Positions 9,561 through 18,869 of a stretch of 64,000 bases of DNA are shown here, piece after piece. The notes beneath the pieces were generated by a model, which saw only the letters and a list, made by a program, of their open reading frames with translations, did not search any database and was not told the origin of the DNA. The stretch spans positions 672,001 through 736,000 of the forward strand of contig CBDCVR010000014.1 of NCBI GenBank assembly GCA_965223155.1, in the 5' to 3' direction. The position numbers and the translations under genes are program-made. Within the stretch, counting starts at the first letter, position 1, and the number at the start of each line of letters is the position of its first letter. The DNA comes from Candidatus Multivoradales bacterium (GTDB taxonomy: Bacteria > Acidobacteriota > Thermoanaerobaculia > Multivoradales > JAHEKO01).

Positions 9561-10874
9561 ATGAAAGACGACGACGCCACACGCGACTCGCAAGCGCCGG
9601 AAGACCACGACCCGCGCGGCGGCGATCCCGACCGAGACCCGGACGATCGCGAGCCGACGCGTGAATTCGATGAAGAGGCCTGGCGCAAGCGACGCCGTCG
9701 CCACCGCCGTGAGGTCGAGAAGGGCATCCGCGATGCTTGGGACAATCCCGATGACCAGGAGCGCCCCAGGTACACCCCATGGCTGGTCATCCGCTACGCC
9801 GCCGGGGACTATGGCTTTCGGCCGATTCCAGGCGGCACCAACTACTGGAAGTCACCGGATATCTGGATCGAGTCGAGCAACCCGAGCGGTAACGGCGTTG
9901 CCGGCGAAGACAACTTCGTCTGGGTCCGCATCTTCAATCTGGGCATGGCGCCCTCGGCCCCCGTCAAGGTGGATTTTTACTGGGCCAATCCGGCGCTCGG
10001 CCTGGGAGCCGCCAACATGAATCTCATCGGCACGGAATGGACCGATGTCCCCTCGCAGTCATTCCGCGAGGTCCGATGCAACTCGGCCTGGGTCCCAGTG
10101 TTCGTCAACAACGGACACGAGTGCCTCAAGGTCAACTGCACGGACCCGATCCTCGACCCGATTACCGCACCTTTCCAACCCAAGCTGGACCGCCACGTGG
10201 GACAGCGCAACGTCACCGTCCTTGAAGGAGCCGCGGGCGCGCGCATGAAGTTCGACCTCGAGCTCAATAACTTCTTGCCGATTTCCGCCAGGATCGAAGT
10301 CCTGGCTGGGGGCGGTCTTTTCCGGATCCCGGCGCGCGTCGCAGAGACCCTGACGATTCCTCGGATCGTCAACGAGGTCGTGGCATTCGGCGCCACCATC
10401 CCGACTCCCGAGCAGATACTCCACAGCCTCGAGCCGGGGACTGCCGCCCACCGCAACGCGACCGTGACGGCGCGCCTTGCCGCCCGGCGTCACCCGAATA
10501 CCGCCGACCGGCAACAGGGCGAAACCTCGGGGATCCGCCTCCTGCGGTCGGCACCGCGATTGGCAGCCTCGATCTCGGAGTCGCGCACCGTCCTGCTCGC
10601 CAATGACCAGCACGAGCCCCCCGGCACCGCGTTGCAGCAATTGACGAGGAAGACCGGCTCGTGCGCCGGCCTGGACGCCCTTGGCAGACGCAGGCTCGAG
10701 ACGATCGAGATGCAGGCCTACGAGGGGCGCCGGCTCGATCTCGAGCTTCAGGTCCCGGACGATGCGCGCCCCGGCGACCTCGTGCTCTTCGAGTTCGCCC
10801 AGCAGAGCCACGGCGTAGTCCTAGGCGGCTACGCCGTGGTGATCCACGTCACCGAAGACGCCCAACCCGGATAG
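9561..10874 (+). CDS. Hypothetical protein with an Ig/CARDB-like beta-sandwich domain
   Basis: YWKSPDIWI, NFVWVRIFNLG, VDFYWANP, HECL and DRHVGQRNV; begins 17 nt after the upstream stop. Confidence 0.7.
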   Translation: MKDDDATRDSQAPEDHDPRGGDPDRDPDDREPTREFDEEAWRKRRRRHRREVEKGIRDAWDNPDDQERPRYTPWLVIRYAAGDYGFRPIPGGTNYWKSPDIWIESSNPSGNGVAGEDNFVWVRIFNLGMAPSAPVKVDFYWANPALGLGAANMNLIGTEWTDVPSQSFREVRCNSAWVPVFVNNGHECLKVNCTDPILDPITAPFQPKLDRHVGQRNVTVLEGAAGARMKFDLELNNFLPISARIEVLAGGGLFRIPARVAETLTIPRIVNEVVAFGATIPTPEQILHSLEPGTAAHRNATVTARLAARRHPNTADRQQGETSGIRLLRSAPRLAASISESRTVLLANDQHEPPGTALQQLTRKTGSCAGLDALGRRRLETIEMQAYEGRRLDLELQVPDDARPGDLVLFEFAQQSHGVVLGGYAVVIHVTEDAQPG

Positions 10875-10919
10875 ACCGTGGCCAGGCGCCAAACGAGTCA
10901 CTCACAAAGGAGGTCAACA

Positions 10920-11342
10920 ATGGAACCGACAGGAATGCGGACGCTGATGGCACGGATCGTACTCGCCGCGGGCGCGATCCTGGTGCCGGCCACCGTCCTG
11001 GTGTACTGCGGAGGAGGCGGCGGCAGCGGCAGCAGCGGCACGCCGCCCAGCGGTCCGGCGGAGACGATTACCCAGTGCTGCAGCTCTGGCACGCCGACCG
11101 GCTATTTCAAGATCAACGACAGCTGGAGTTCCACGTCTTGCGGCAGCCCCAGCTCGATCACCTACAACGTCTGCACCTACCGACTCTGGCAGGGCAAGCC
11201 GGTCAATACCACCATGACCATCTGTGCAGGCCAGACGCTTCCGGGCGGCTGGGGTCAGATCAACAGCAACTGGAACCCGACCGCCTGCGGTCATCCCTCC
11301 TCTATCGTGGACAACATCTGGACGGTCCGGCGCAATTTCTGA
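10920..11342 (+). CDS. Small Cys-rich, Ser/Thr-rich secreted lipoprotein with two internal repeats
   Basis: AAAGGAGG SD; hydrophobic signal ending VLVYC followed by a GGGGGSGSSG linker; two ~45-aa repeats; six Cys in the mature part. Confidence 0.8.
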   Translation: MEPTGMRTLMARIVLAAGAILVPATVLVYCGGGGGSGSSGTPPSGPAETITQCCSSGTPTGYFKINDSWSSTSCGSPSSITYNVCTYRLWQGKPVNTTMTICAGQTLPGGWGQINSNWNPTACGHPSSIVDNIWTVRRNF

Positions 11343-11506
11343 CCGACGCCGGGACAACGCGGGTGGCGCTCTAGCCGGCACCGCCCGGTGACAGGCAGGC
11401 AAGGGAGACCGCGGAACGAAGTGACGAAGCGCTTGCCTCCTAGCCGTTCTTCGCCTGCACGGGAGGCTCCTGCCGGCTCGGGTCGCCCTCGCATGCTGGC
11501 CCCGGC

Positions 11507-12358
11507 TTGGGGTCACGTCCTGGAGACCGGACACTGAGGCAAACATACCCACTTGCCGAGCGATCGAGCGCGACCCTGGCCGGTACGGCCTCTCACAGGA
11601 ACGGACCAAGCGTCTGGGGCGTAGCGGGTCTGGCTCGCAATTCCTTCGCCGACCTCCGCTTCGTCGGGGGTACCCTCTGGGTCGCGCTCTCCATTCTCAT
11701 CGTCGAGCGCATCGGCTGGCAGCGCCCGTTCCTGCTCTGGTGGATGGAGACTCAAGCCGAGACTGCCTGGGGAGCGCGGCTTCCGCTCTGGGACGGCGAG
11801 CGCCTCGAGCTGGCGGCCTACGCCTGGCACGCCACCGCCTGCTTCGTCGTATGGCTGGTCGTTCCACTCGCCGGCGCTCTTGTTGCCTGCAGCGGCAACC
11901 AACTCTGGAAACGGCTGCGATCCTTCGGTCTGGGCGGTCCCCGAGGCGCGTGGTTCGCCCCCGTAGTTGCTTGCTGGTCGGCCTTGCTGCCCCTCCTCTG
12001 GTTCGCCAGCCGGCGGCCCGGCCTGCGAACGCTCTATCCCGTCATCGAGCCAAGCCTGTCCGCCTCCTGGCTCAGCTATGTGGCAATCCTCATGGTCACC
12101 TTGTTGACCGTCGAGTTCTTCTTTCGGGGATTCTTGCTCTTCGGCCTGACGTCCCGTTTCGGCAACGTAGGTGTCTGGCTGATGACGGTTCCGTACGCCC
12201 TGATTCACCTGCACAAGCCCCCTCTCGAAGCATTCGCTTCGGTGCCCGGCGGCGTCGCGCTCGGAATCCTGGCGCTCACGACTGGCTCGATCTGGCCCGG
12301 TCTCGTTCTGCATCTGGGAGTCGCCTTGACGTTGGAGATCTTCAGCTCGTGGGCGTAG
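11507..12358 (+). CDS. CPBP (Abi / type II CAAX) family intramembrane protease
   Basis: VEFFFRGFLLFGL, PYALIHLHKP and GSIWPGLVLH motifs; multiple TM helices; start uncertain. Confidence 0.85.
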   Translation: MGSRPGDRTLRQTYPLAERSSATLAGTASHRNGPSVWGVAGLARNSFADLRFVGGTLWVALSILIVERIGWQRPFLLWWMETQAETAWGARLPLWDGERLELAAYAWHATACFVVWLVVPLAGALVACSGNQLWKRLRSFGLGGPRGAWFAPVVACWSALLPLLWFASRRPGLRTLYPVIEPSLSASWLSYVAILMVTLLTVEFFFRGFLLFGLTSRFGNVGVWLMTVPYALIHLHKPPLEAFASVPGGVALGILALTTGSIWPGLVLHLGVALTLEIFSSWA

Positions 12359-12359
12359 G

Positions 12360-13883
12360 GTGATCGCCGCCTTGCGCAATCTGCTGCGCGAGCTCGACGC
12401 CAGCGTTTCTCCCGGACCGATCCGGATCTTCCGAATCGTAGCCGGACTGCTGGTCTGCACGTACCTTCTCCACCTCGCATGGCTGGCGCGCGACTTCATC
12501 CTCCAAGACGGCCTGCTCGATCACGAGCTGAGCCGCCGCCTATACTGGTTTACGAAGCTTTCGATACTGCCAGCCGGGATCCCCGACTCGGGCCTCCGGC
12601 TGGTGCTCTTGGGCGCCTTTCTCCTTTCGGTTCTCATAACCGTAGGCGTGCGCACGCGGTGGGCGGCCTTCGGCTGCTTCGTGTTGACCGTCTCGCTCCA
12701 GCGCTGGATCTTCGTCGTCTACTACGTGGATGACGTTGCGATCCAACTGGTTCTGTTCTGGCTCATCCTGCTTCCCGACGCCAACTCCAGCTCGCCGCCT
12801 TCGTTGGAGGTCGGCAGAGCCAAACCACGACAAGAGGTTCCGGGCCTGCGCGTCCGCCTGTTCCTAGCGAATGTACTTCTCGTCTACTTGGTGGCTGGCC
12901 TTACCAAGCTAGCGAGTCCCATGTGGCAAGACGGGACCGCCCTCTATGCCGTTCTGCGCCTCCCCATCTCCCGCTTTCCGGACTTCTGGCGTCCCGAGTG
13001 GTTGCCTGCGCTTCGGGGCCTCAGTCACGCCGCTCTGGCCATCGAGATTGCCATCCCCCTGTTGCTGACCCTGCCGAGGCGACTGGGCTGGCGACTCCTA
13101 GGTCTGGCACTCCAGATCGGGTTCCACGTAGGCATCGTCATCGCGATCGGAATCCCGTTCGCCAACCTTGCATTGATCGCAACCTCGATCTTGTTCTTCC
13201 GGAACGAGGTTGCCGTGATCGAAAGCGGCTTGAGAAAGGACCATCCCACGCCGCCATTGGCGTACGGGCAGGGACGGCTCCTGCCATCATCGTCCTACCC
13301 GCAGGGCGGGATCCATAGCGGCCCTCTTGGAAACGGCCTGGCCGTGGCTACTCTGACCGCTCTTGCCGTCTCGGCCCTGAGCCGCATCGCGATCATGCGG
13401 CCGGCCGTGATCGCGGCGTTCGCGCTCCTCTGGAGCCTCGGTCTAGCTCAAAACTACCGCCTGTTCGACTGGATCGACTCGCGCAACTACCACCGATCTC
13501 TCCAGGTCTCGACCTGGTCACAGACGGCGGGAGCCAGCGAACTGCCGGCCGAGAGCTTTCTTCCCAGCGGCGTTCGCTACCGCCTGTTGGAGATGAACCT
13601 GTACGACATGGTCTGGCTCCCCGGGCGTGACGAGTCTCTGGCAGACGATCTCAAGTGCTCTATCGTGACCCGCGCCGCCCGGCGCTTCTGCCACCGGCAC
13701 CAACTTCCAACCTATGTCGAGGTGACAGCGCATCTTGCCCGCCTCGAACCCGGCAATCTAGGCGCGCAACGCGCCTCGAGCAAGTCGGTGGTGGCCTTCG
13801 AGTGCGCGGGCGGAACTCTCAAGATGCTCGACCCGCTGCTCGATCTTGTCGGGTCCGTCCGAACCTGCAAACGCGAGATATGA
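12360..13883 (+). CDS. HTTM-domain membrane protein (vitamin K-dependent carboxylase-like / SdpB-like) with extracytoplasmic C-terminal domain
   Basis: IFRIVAGL, VYLVAGLTKL..PMWQDGTAL, FHVGI and LGLAQNYRLF; starts 1 nt after the CPBP gene stop. Confidence 0.8.
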   Translation: MIAALRNLLRELDASVSPGPIRIFRIVAGLLVCTYLLHLAWLARDFILQDGLLDHELSRRLYWFTKLSILPAGIPDSGLRLVLLGAFLLSVLITVGVRTRWAAFGCFVLTVSLQRWIFVVYYVDDVAIQLVLFWLILLPDANSSSPPSLEVGRAKPRQEVPGLRVRLFLANVLLVYLVAGLTKLASPMWQDGTALYAVLRLPISRFPDFWRPEWLPALRGLSHAALAIEIAIPLLLTLPRRLGWRLLGLALQIGFHVGIVIAIGIPFANLALIATSILFFRNEVAVIESGLRKDHPTPPLAYGQGRLLPSSSYPQGGIHSGPLGNGLAVATLTALAVSALSRIAIMRPAVIAAFALLWSLGLAQNYRLFDWIDSRNYHRSLQVSTWSQTAGASELPAESFLPSGVRYRLLEMNLYDMVWLPGRDESLADDLKCSIVTRAARRFCHRHQLPTYVEVTAHLARLEPGNLGAQRASSKSVVAFECAGGTLKMLDPLLDLVGSVRTCKREI

Positions 13884-14713
13884 ACCCTACGTTGCAACTC
13901 GGCTTCTTGACCCTCCACGGATACGGCCTGGCCATCGGGCTGGGCGCTCTCCTTGGTTACCGGGTGATCCAGGTCCAAGCCCGACAGCACGGTCCGAGAT
14001 CCCTGGAGAGGCAGCTGCTGCCGCTGGCCGTGGTGGTTGCGGTCGCAGCCGCCGCCGGCGGCCGCCTTGTCTTCCTGGCATTCGATCCGGGTGGCGCCGG
14101 CCTGCGGAGCGGTCTGGTCGCCGGACAGGGCTTCGTCTTCTACGGCTCGCTTCTCTTCTCCCTGCCGGCTCTGTGGGTCTATCTCCACGTGCGGAAACTG
14201 CCGGTCCTGCCTTCCCTGGACGCGATCGCTGTCGGCATTCCGGTGATCCACGCGATGGGGCGTCTCGGCTGCTTCCTGGCCGGGTGTTGCCACGGAACGG
14301 CCACCGACCTACCGTGGGCGGTTACCTTCCGGAATGGCCACGGTGTCAACGGCGTGCCTATCCATCCCGTCCAACTCTACGAGGCTGGAGGCAATCTGCT
14401 CTTGTTCGTCTGGCTCTCGTCCGAGCGGCGCAAAGTCCGTCCTCCTGGATGGATCCTGACAACCTACGTTGCGCTCTATTCGGCCCTGCGCTTGGCGACC
14501 GAGTTCGTGCGTGGCGATGCCCGAGGGCTCCTGACCGACTGCGCCACACCCTGGACTCCGGGCTCGCCGGGATGCATTCCGAGTCTGGCTCAGGGAGTTT
14601 CCGTCGCACTACTTGCTCTCTCTTGCCTTGCATTCTGGTACCTGGACCGCCGGAACGCTCAAGGGCGTCCCGGCACCAACCTCTCACTCCGAGAAAGGAG
14701 ATCATGGCCATGA
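13880..14713 (+). CDS. lgt: Prolipoprotein diacylglyceryl transferase family protein
   Basis: LHGYG, GFVFYG, MGRLGCFLAGCCHG, HPVQLYE and R...EFVRGD motifs; ATGA overlap with the HTTM gene. Confidence 0.85.
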   Translation: MNPTLQLGFLTLHGYGLAIGLGALLGYRVIQVQARQHGPRSLERQLLPLAVVVAVAAAAGGRLVFLAFDPGGAGLRSGLVAGQGFVFYGSLLFSLPALWVYLHVRKLPVLPSLDAIAVGIPVIHAMGRLGCFLAGCCHGTATDLPWAVTFRNGHGVNGVPIHPVQLYEAGGNLLLFVWLSSERRKVRPPGWILTTYVALYSALRLATEFVRGDARGLLTDCATPWTPGSPGCIPSLAQGVSVALLALSCLAFWYLDRRNAQGRPGTNLSLRERRSWP

Positions 14714-15027
14714 AGACACTTCCAAGAAACCTCGCCGGTGCCGGATTGACGGCGTTGCTGCTGGCGGCGGCTTTCGCCCTCGGGAACTCCGTCGGCGCCC
14801 AGGCCGAGGACTACCGCGTCGACCTGGCGGCGGTGGACTTCCATTACACCAACGGCGCCTTCTGGTTCTTTGACCGCCGGCAGGGCGATCTGTGGATCTA
14901 CGACGAGGAGCGGCGCCAGCCGCTCTGGCATCTCAAGATCACTCAGCTGGGCGCTCCGCTCGAGCAAATCGCATTGGAAGCGCTGGGCGAGCCGCCTGCC
15001 GCCAAGACCGCGTCGCCTGATCGCTAG
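14704..15027 (+). CDS. Small secreted hypothetical protein
   Basis: AAAGGAG SD; signal peptide ending AQA; overlaps the lgt stop (alternative ATG 14710). Confidence 0.7.
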   Translation: MAMKTLPRNLAGAGLTALLLAAAFALGNSVGAQAEDYRVDLAAVDFHYTNGAFWFFDRRQGDLWIYDEERRQPLWHLKITQLGAPLEQIALEALGEPPAAKTASPDR

Positions 15028-15133
15028 CGGCAGATCCAGCGCTCCGGACCCGGTCAGGTGTCCGGCAGGCGCTCCAAGTTTGGTCCCAAAGTCCCATTTC
15101 AACCGGCCGCAAGTGCGGCCAAAGGAGGAAGAC

Positions 15134-15376
15134 ATGATGTACGTGGTGGTGGCGTTGTTGGTCGTCCTGGTGATCGAAGTCGCGATCCTCATTCAACGGG
15201 TTGGACGCAACGATGGCCTGCCTTGGCCGCCGTTCTCGGCGTTCCTGGATGGAGCCGATCTGCCCAAGATCTCGGAGGCGAAGACGCTGGCGCAGCAACT
15301 CGACTACGCGGGCTGCGCCGCGGCCTACACGTTGATGCTGGCGCGCCGAGATCGGTCTTCGGGCCATCCGTCCTGA
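15134..15376 (+). CDS. Small membrane-anchored hypothetical protein (80 aa)
   Basis: AAAGGAGG SD before ATG 15134; N-terminal TM helix YVVVALLVVLVIEVAILI. Confidence 0.6.
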   Translation: MMYVVVALLVVLVIEVAILIQRVGRNDGLPWPPFSAFLDGADLPKISEAKTLAQQLDYAGCAAAYTLMLARRDRSSGHPS

Positions 15377-15422
15377 AGCTCGCGCCCTGGTCCTAGCACC
15401 CGGCGCTCACCAGAGCCGGACC

Positions 15423-15453
15423 GGCCGGCGAGAACACTAGGTTCTCGCCGGCC
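15423..15453. terminator. 13-bp perfect hairpin between convergent genes (probable terminator)
   Basis: GGCCGGCGAGAAC-actag-GTTCTCGCCGGCC; no U-tract. Confidence 0.5.
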
Positions 15454-15518
15454 TGGCTCACCCTGCGGGCCGAGACTCGGCGGCCGACGTTCGCGGTAGG
15501 GCCACCGGCGAGCAAAGG

Positions 15519-16601
15519 TCAGCCGTTGCGCCCGGCGAAGTCGCCCAGGAACTCGGCCAGGGCCTCGACCGACTCGGGAGTCACCGCGTTATAGATCGAG
15601 GCCCGGATGCCGCCCACCGACCGGTGTCCCTTGAGGCCCTCGAAGCCCTGGGCCGAAGCCTCTCCCAAGAACCGGGCCTCGAGCTCCACGCTCGCCAGCC
15701 GGAAGGTGACGTTCATGAGCGACCGATCGCGGAGTTCAGCGTGCCCCCGGTAGAAGCCGTCGGCCGAGTCGATCGCCGAGTACAGGCGCTCGGCCTTGGC
15801 CTCGTTCCGGCGCGCCATCGCTTCGACACCGCCCAGACCCTCGAGCCAACCCAGGACCAAATTCATCACGTAGATCGCAAAGACCGGAGGCGTGTTGAGA
15901 AGCGATCGTTTGGCCGCCAGCGCCCGGTAGCTCAGCATGTCGGGAAGATCCGTGCTGGCCCGCTCGAGGCAGCTCTTCCGCACGACCACGGCGGTTACCC
16001 CCGCGGGACCCAGGTTCTTCTGCGCCCCGGCATACAGGAGGTCGATCCTCTTCAGATCGAGGGGCCGGCACAGAATGTCGGAGGAGACGTCGGCGATCAG
16101 CCGCGGCGCACCTTCCGGAAGACTGTGCCACTGGGTCCCGAACAGGGTGTTGTTGCTGGTCAGGTGGAGGTAGTGGTCCGCGGGATCGACCCGGTAGTCG
16201 GCGGCAGCCGGCAACGCCCGGTAGCCGTCTTTCTTGCCGTCCCAGCAGGCCGTCGCGCGGGCGACCCGGCCGGCCGCCTCGCAGGCGAGCTCGGCCCAGC
16301 GGCCGGTCACCAGATACGAGGCCGACTCGCCTTCGTGGAGGAGGTTCATGGGCACGAGCGTGAACTGGGTGCGGGCGCCGCCGCCCACGAAAAGAGCGTC
16401 GAAGTCGTCTTCCGCACCCAGGAGCCGGAGCAGCCGGGCTCGGGCCTGTTCGTGGACTTCGTCGTAGGCTGGGCTCCGGTGGCTGAGCTCGAGCATGGAC
16501 CGGCCCGTGTCCCGGTACTCCAGAAGCTCGGCTTCGACCGTATCGAGCACTTCCCGGGGCAGCGCCGCAGGGCCGGCCGAGAAGTTGTGAACCCGAGCCA
16601 T
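15519..16601 (-). CDS. serC: Phosphoserine aminotransferase
   Basis: MARVHNFSAGPAALP, ELSHRS, YAGAQKNLGPAG, NTPP and GHRSVGGIRASIYNA. Confidence 0.95.
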   Translation of the reverse strand: MARVHNFSAGPAALPREVLDTVEAELLEYRDTGRSMLELSHRSPAYDEVHEQARARLLRLLGAEDDFDALFVGGGARTQFTLVPMNLLHEGESASYLVTGRWAELACEAAGRVARATACWDGKKDGYRALPAAADYRVDPADHYLHLTSNNTLFGTQWHSLPEGAPRLIADVSSDILCRPLDLKRIDLLYAGAQKNLGPAGVTAVVVRKSCLERASTDLPDMLSYRALAAKRSLLNTPPVFAIYVMNLVLGWLEGLGGVEAMARRNEAKAERLYSAIDSADGFYRGHAELRDRSLMNVTFRLASVELEARFLGEASAQGFEGLKGHRSVGGIRASIYNAVTPESVEALAEFLGDFAGRNG

Positions 16602-16606
16602 CGCGC

Positions 16607-17971
16607 TTACTCCGTTGCTTCGAGTGGAACCTGGACGAGCTTCCCCGCCAGCCGGTCGCGAATCCATTTGGCGTCCCACCATTCGACCGGGCTCACCGCC
16701 CGACCTCCCAGAAGCATGGTGAAGTGCAGATGGTCGCCGGCGGCGAGACCGGTCTCGCCCGTGCGCCCGAGGGTCTGGCCGCGCTCGACAGCGTCGCCCA
16801 CCGAGACGTCGATCGATGACAGGTGTCCGTACAGGCTCATCAGCCCGTAGCCGTGGTCGAGGACCACAGCGTTGCCGTAGATCCCGAAGTACCGCGCCAG
16901 AACCACCACTCCGGAGTTGGCCGCCGGTACCGGCGCGTGCTTGACCGACGCCAAGTCGAAGCCCAGGTGGTCCTGCTGGTCGATGAGCTCGTCTCCGTGG
17001 AAATAGGACCGGCGGTCGGCGAACGACGACATGACCTGGGCGTTGGGCAGCGAAACGAACGCACCGCGCCACAAGAACTCGGGCCGGCTGCTCGCGGCCA
17101 GACGATCCAGCTCGGCGGCGTTGTCCGCGCGTAGCCCGCGATTGATCGAGACGTAGCTGGCAACTAGGTTGTCGCCTCGCGGCCATCCCGGCGTATTGGC
17201 CAGAATCTCGGGCACCACCGACTCCATGAAGCGCTCCGAGACCTCGATCCGGTCGGTTTCGTACGGCCGCTCCAGCAGCCGGTCCACGAAGGCCCGTTCG
17301 GCCCGATTGCCGACCGCGTCCTCGGCCACCAACCGGATCTCGGCGGCGTTCTCGAAGTCGAAGGGAACCGCAAAGAGGGCGAAGCGCCGGCCCGCCGGTC
17401 CACCCGGGACGTCCTGGCCGGGGAAAAAGGCACCAGCGACCTCCACTCCATCCCTATTCGCACTGGGACCCACGGCGTAGACGACCATTTCGCTGCCGCC
17501 CTGAGCCGGATAGTGCAGGCTCGAGACCACGCCCAAGGTCGGCGGGGTCAGCAGCACCGGCAGCTCGAGCTCCACCGTCCTTGGCGTACCCTTGCGCAAC
17601 CAGGCCGGCGGCGGCACGGCGCGGGCACGCAGGGTCGCGGCTCCCTCGCGCAGGCCCGATCCCACCGCGTCTGCCCCAGTTTCTACGGCGAAGCGGTCTT
17701 CGAGCGGCCGCTCGCCCCAGAACGCCCACGGCGGCCGCGCGGGGTATTCGCGCTCGGCGAGCGGCCAGACCGTGCCTCCCTGTTCGAGCTCGACCTCGAT
17801 CCGGCCCAGCCCGCGGCCGCTGCCGGCCAGCACGATCTCGGCCGCGGTCGAGCGGCCGATCCCGGCCGTCTCGGGCAGGATCTCGATCCGTGGGGCCTCC
17901 CCAGCTCGCAGAGCAGCAAGAGCCAGGACGACGAGTGCCCCCAGAAAGGCAGCGTAGAGAAGTTTGCGCAT
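16607..17971 (-). CDS. M23 family metallopeptidase
   Basis: HLGFDLA (HxxxD), SLYGHLS and GDHLHF (HxH); N-terminal anchor. Confidence 0.9.
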   Translation of the reverse strand: MRKLLYAAFLGALVVLALAALRAGEAPRIEILPETAGIGRSTAAEIVLAGSGRGLGRIEVELEQGGTVWPLAEREYPARPPWAFWGERPLEDRFAVETGADAVGSGLREGAATLRARAVPPPAWLRKGTPRTVELELPVLLTPPTLGVVSSLHYPAQGGSEMVVYAVGPSANRDGVEVAGAFFPGQDVPGGPAGRRFALFAVPFDFENAAEIRLVAEDAVGNRAERAFVDRLLERPYETDRIEVSERFMESVVPEILANTPGWPRGDNLVASYVSINRGLRADNAAELDRLAASSRPEFLWRGAFVSLPNAQVMSSFADRRSYFHGDELIDQQDHLGFDLASVKHAPVPAANSGVVVLARYFGIYGNAVVLDHGYGLMSLYGHLSSIDVSVGDAVERGQTLGRTGETGLAAGDHLHFTMLLGGRAVSPVEWWDAKWIRDRLAGKLVQVPLEATE

Positions 17972-18202
17972 TGGCAGCCAGGATTCGTGCCTGTGGATCC
18001 GACGGCGGACTCGACAGCGGATCCGGCAGCGGGCAGAGAATAGCAGCGTCCGATGGACCCTGGTCGGATCTTTCCCACCCCGAACTTTCCGCGCAGCGCA
18101 AGCACGGGACCGCCGTCACGCCGGCCTCCTGCCCGGCTCTTCGGACTCCCAGATTCGGGCGATTCTTCCCGCCACGGCCCCCTATCGGACCGTGATGTCG
18201 AA

Positions 18203-18748
18203 CTAGCTCTCGCCCGTCGCCTCGGAACGCTCGAGCGCCTGCATTACGGCCCGCTTGTCCGAATAGCGGGCCCGCACCCCGACGTACTCGCGATGGGTGA
18301 AGCCCAGTTCGCTCGCGATCTGCCGCACCTGTGCCTCCTCGGCGGCCGAGATGGTGTCGTCCGCGGCCGAAACCGCAAACAGGCAATCCAGCAGATGCTC
18401 CTTCTGCTCACGGCTCGCGATGGACGCGAACTCCCTGGTGACGAGGAAGTTTTCGGTGCCGCCGAAGAGCTCGTTCTGACTCTTGGCGATCTGGACGACC
18501 AGGATCGCTTCATCCTCACCGAGCTCGCCGAAGCGGGCGACGGCCCGTTCCATGACCCGGGTCTCGTCCACCGAGATGTGGTGATCGGCGTGCGCGACCC
18601 GGCCCAGAACGTAGGCAAAGGCGGCCACATAGCGCGCCTCGTCGGGAGACATCGCCTCGAGCTCGGCCACGATCCGGCGCACGGTCGCGGTGTCGCCGGC
18701 GGCCGGCGCTTCAGGAGCTTGAGAGCCGAAGAGCTTCTGCCACACCAT
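18203..18748 (-). CDS. TerB family protein
   Basis: RVAHADHHISVDE and LFAVSAADDTISAAEEAQVRQIASELG. Confidence 0.8.
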   Translation of the reverse strand: MVWQKLFGSQAPEAPAAGDTATVRRIVAELEAMSPDEARYVAAFAYVLGRVAHADHHISVDETRVMERAVARFGELGEDEAILVVQIAKSQNELFGGTENFLVTREFASIASREQKEHLLDCLFAVSAADDTISAAEEAQVRQIASELGFTHREYVGVRARYSDKRAVMQALERSEATGES

Positions 18749-18869
18749 GGGCCAAGACTATCGTCCCGGCCTGGCCTGAACCGAACCGGCCTGGCCTTCA
18801 TTCGGAGCCGGATCGAGAGACGGGCGTGGCCGCGAACCGACGAGGCCGGGCCGGCGGTACAATCCGTCG

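Noticed and set aside
13655-13879. Longer lgt N-terminus given in the ORF track
   Set aside because: Overlaps the HTTM gene; the ATGA-coupled ATG 13880 gives a typical MNPTL...LHGYG Lgt start.
16602-17186. 555-aa extended serC
   Set aside because: The extension overlaps the M23 gene; SerC homology begins at MARVHNFSAGP (16601).
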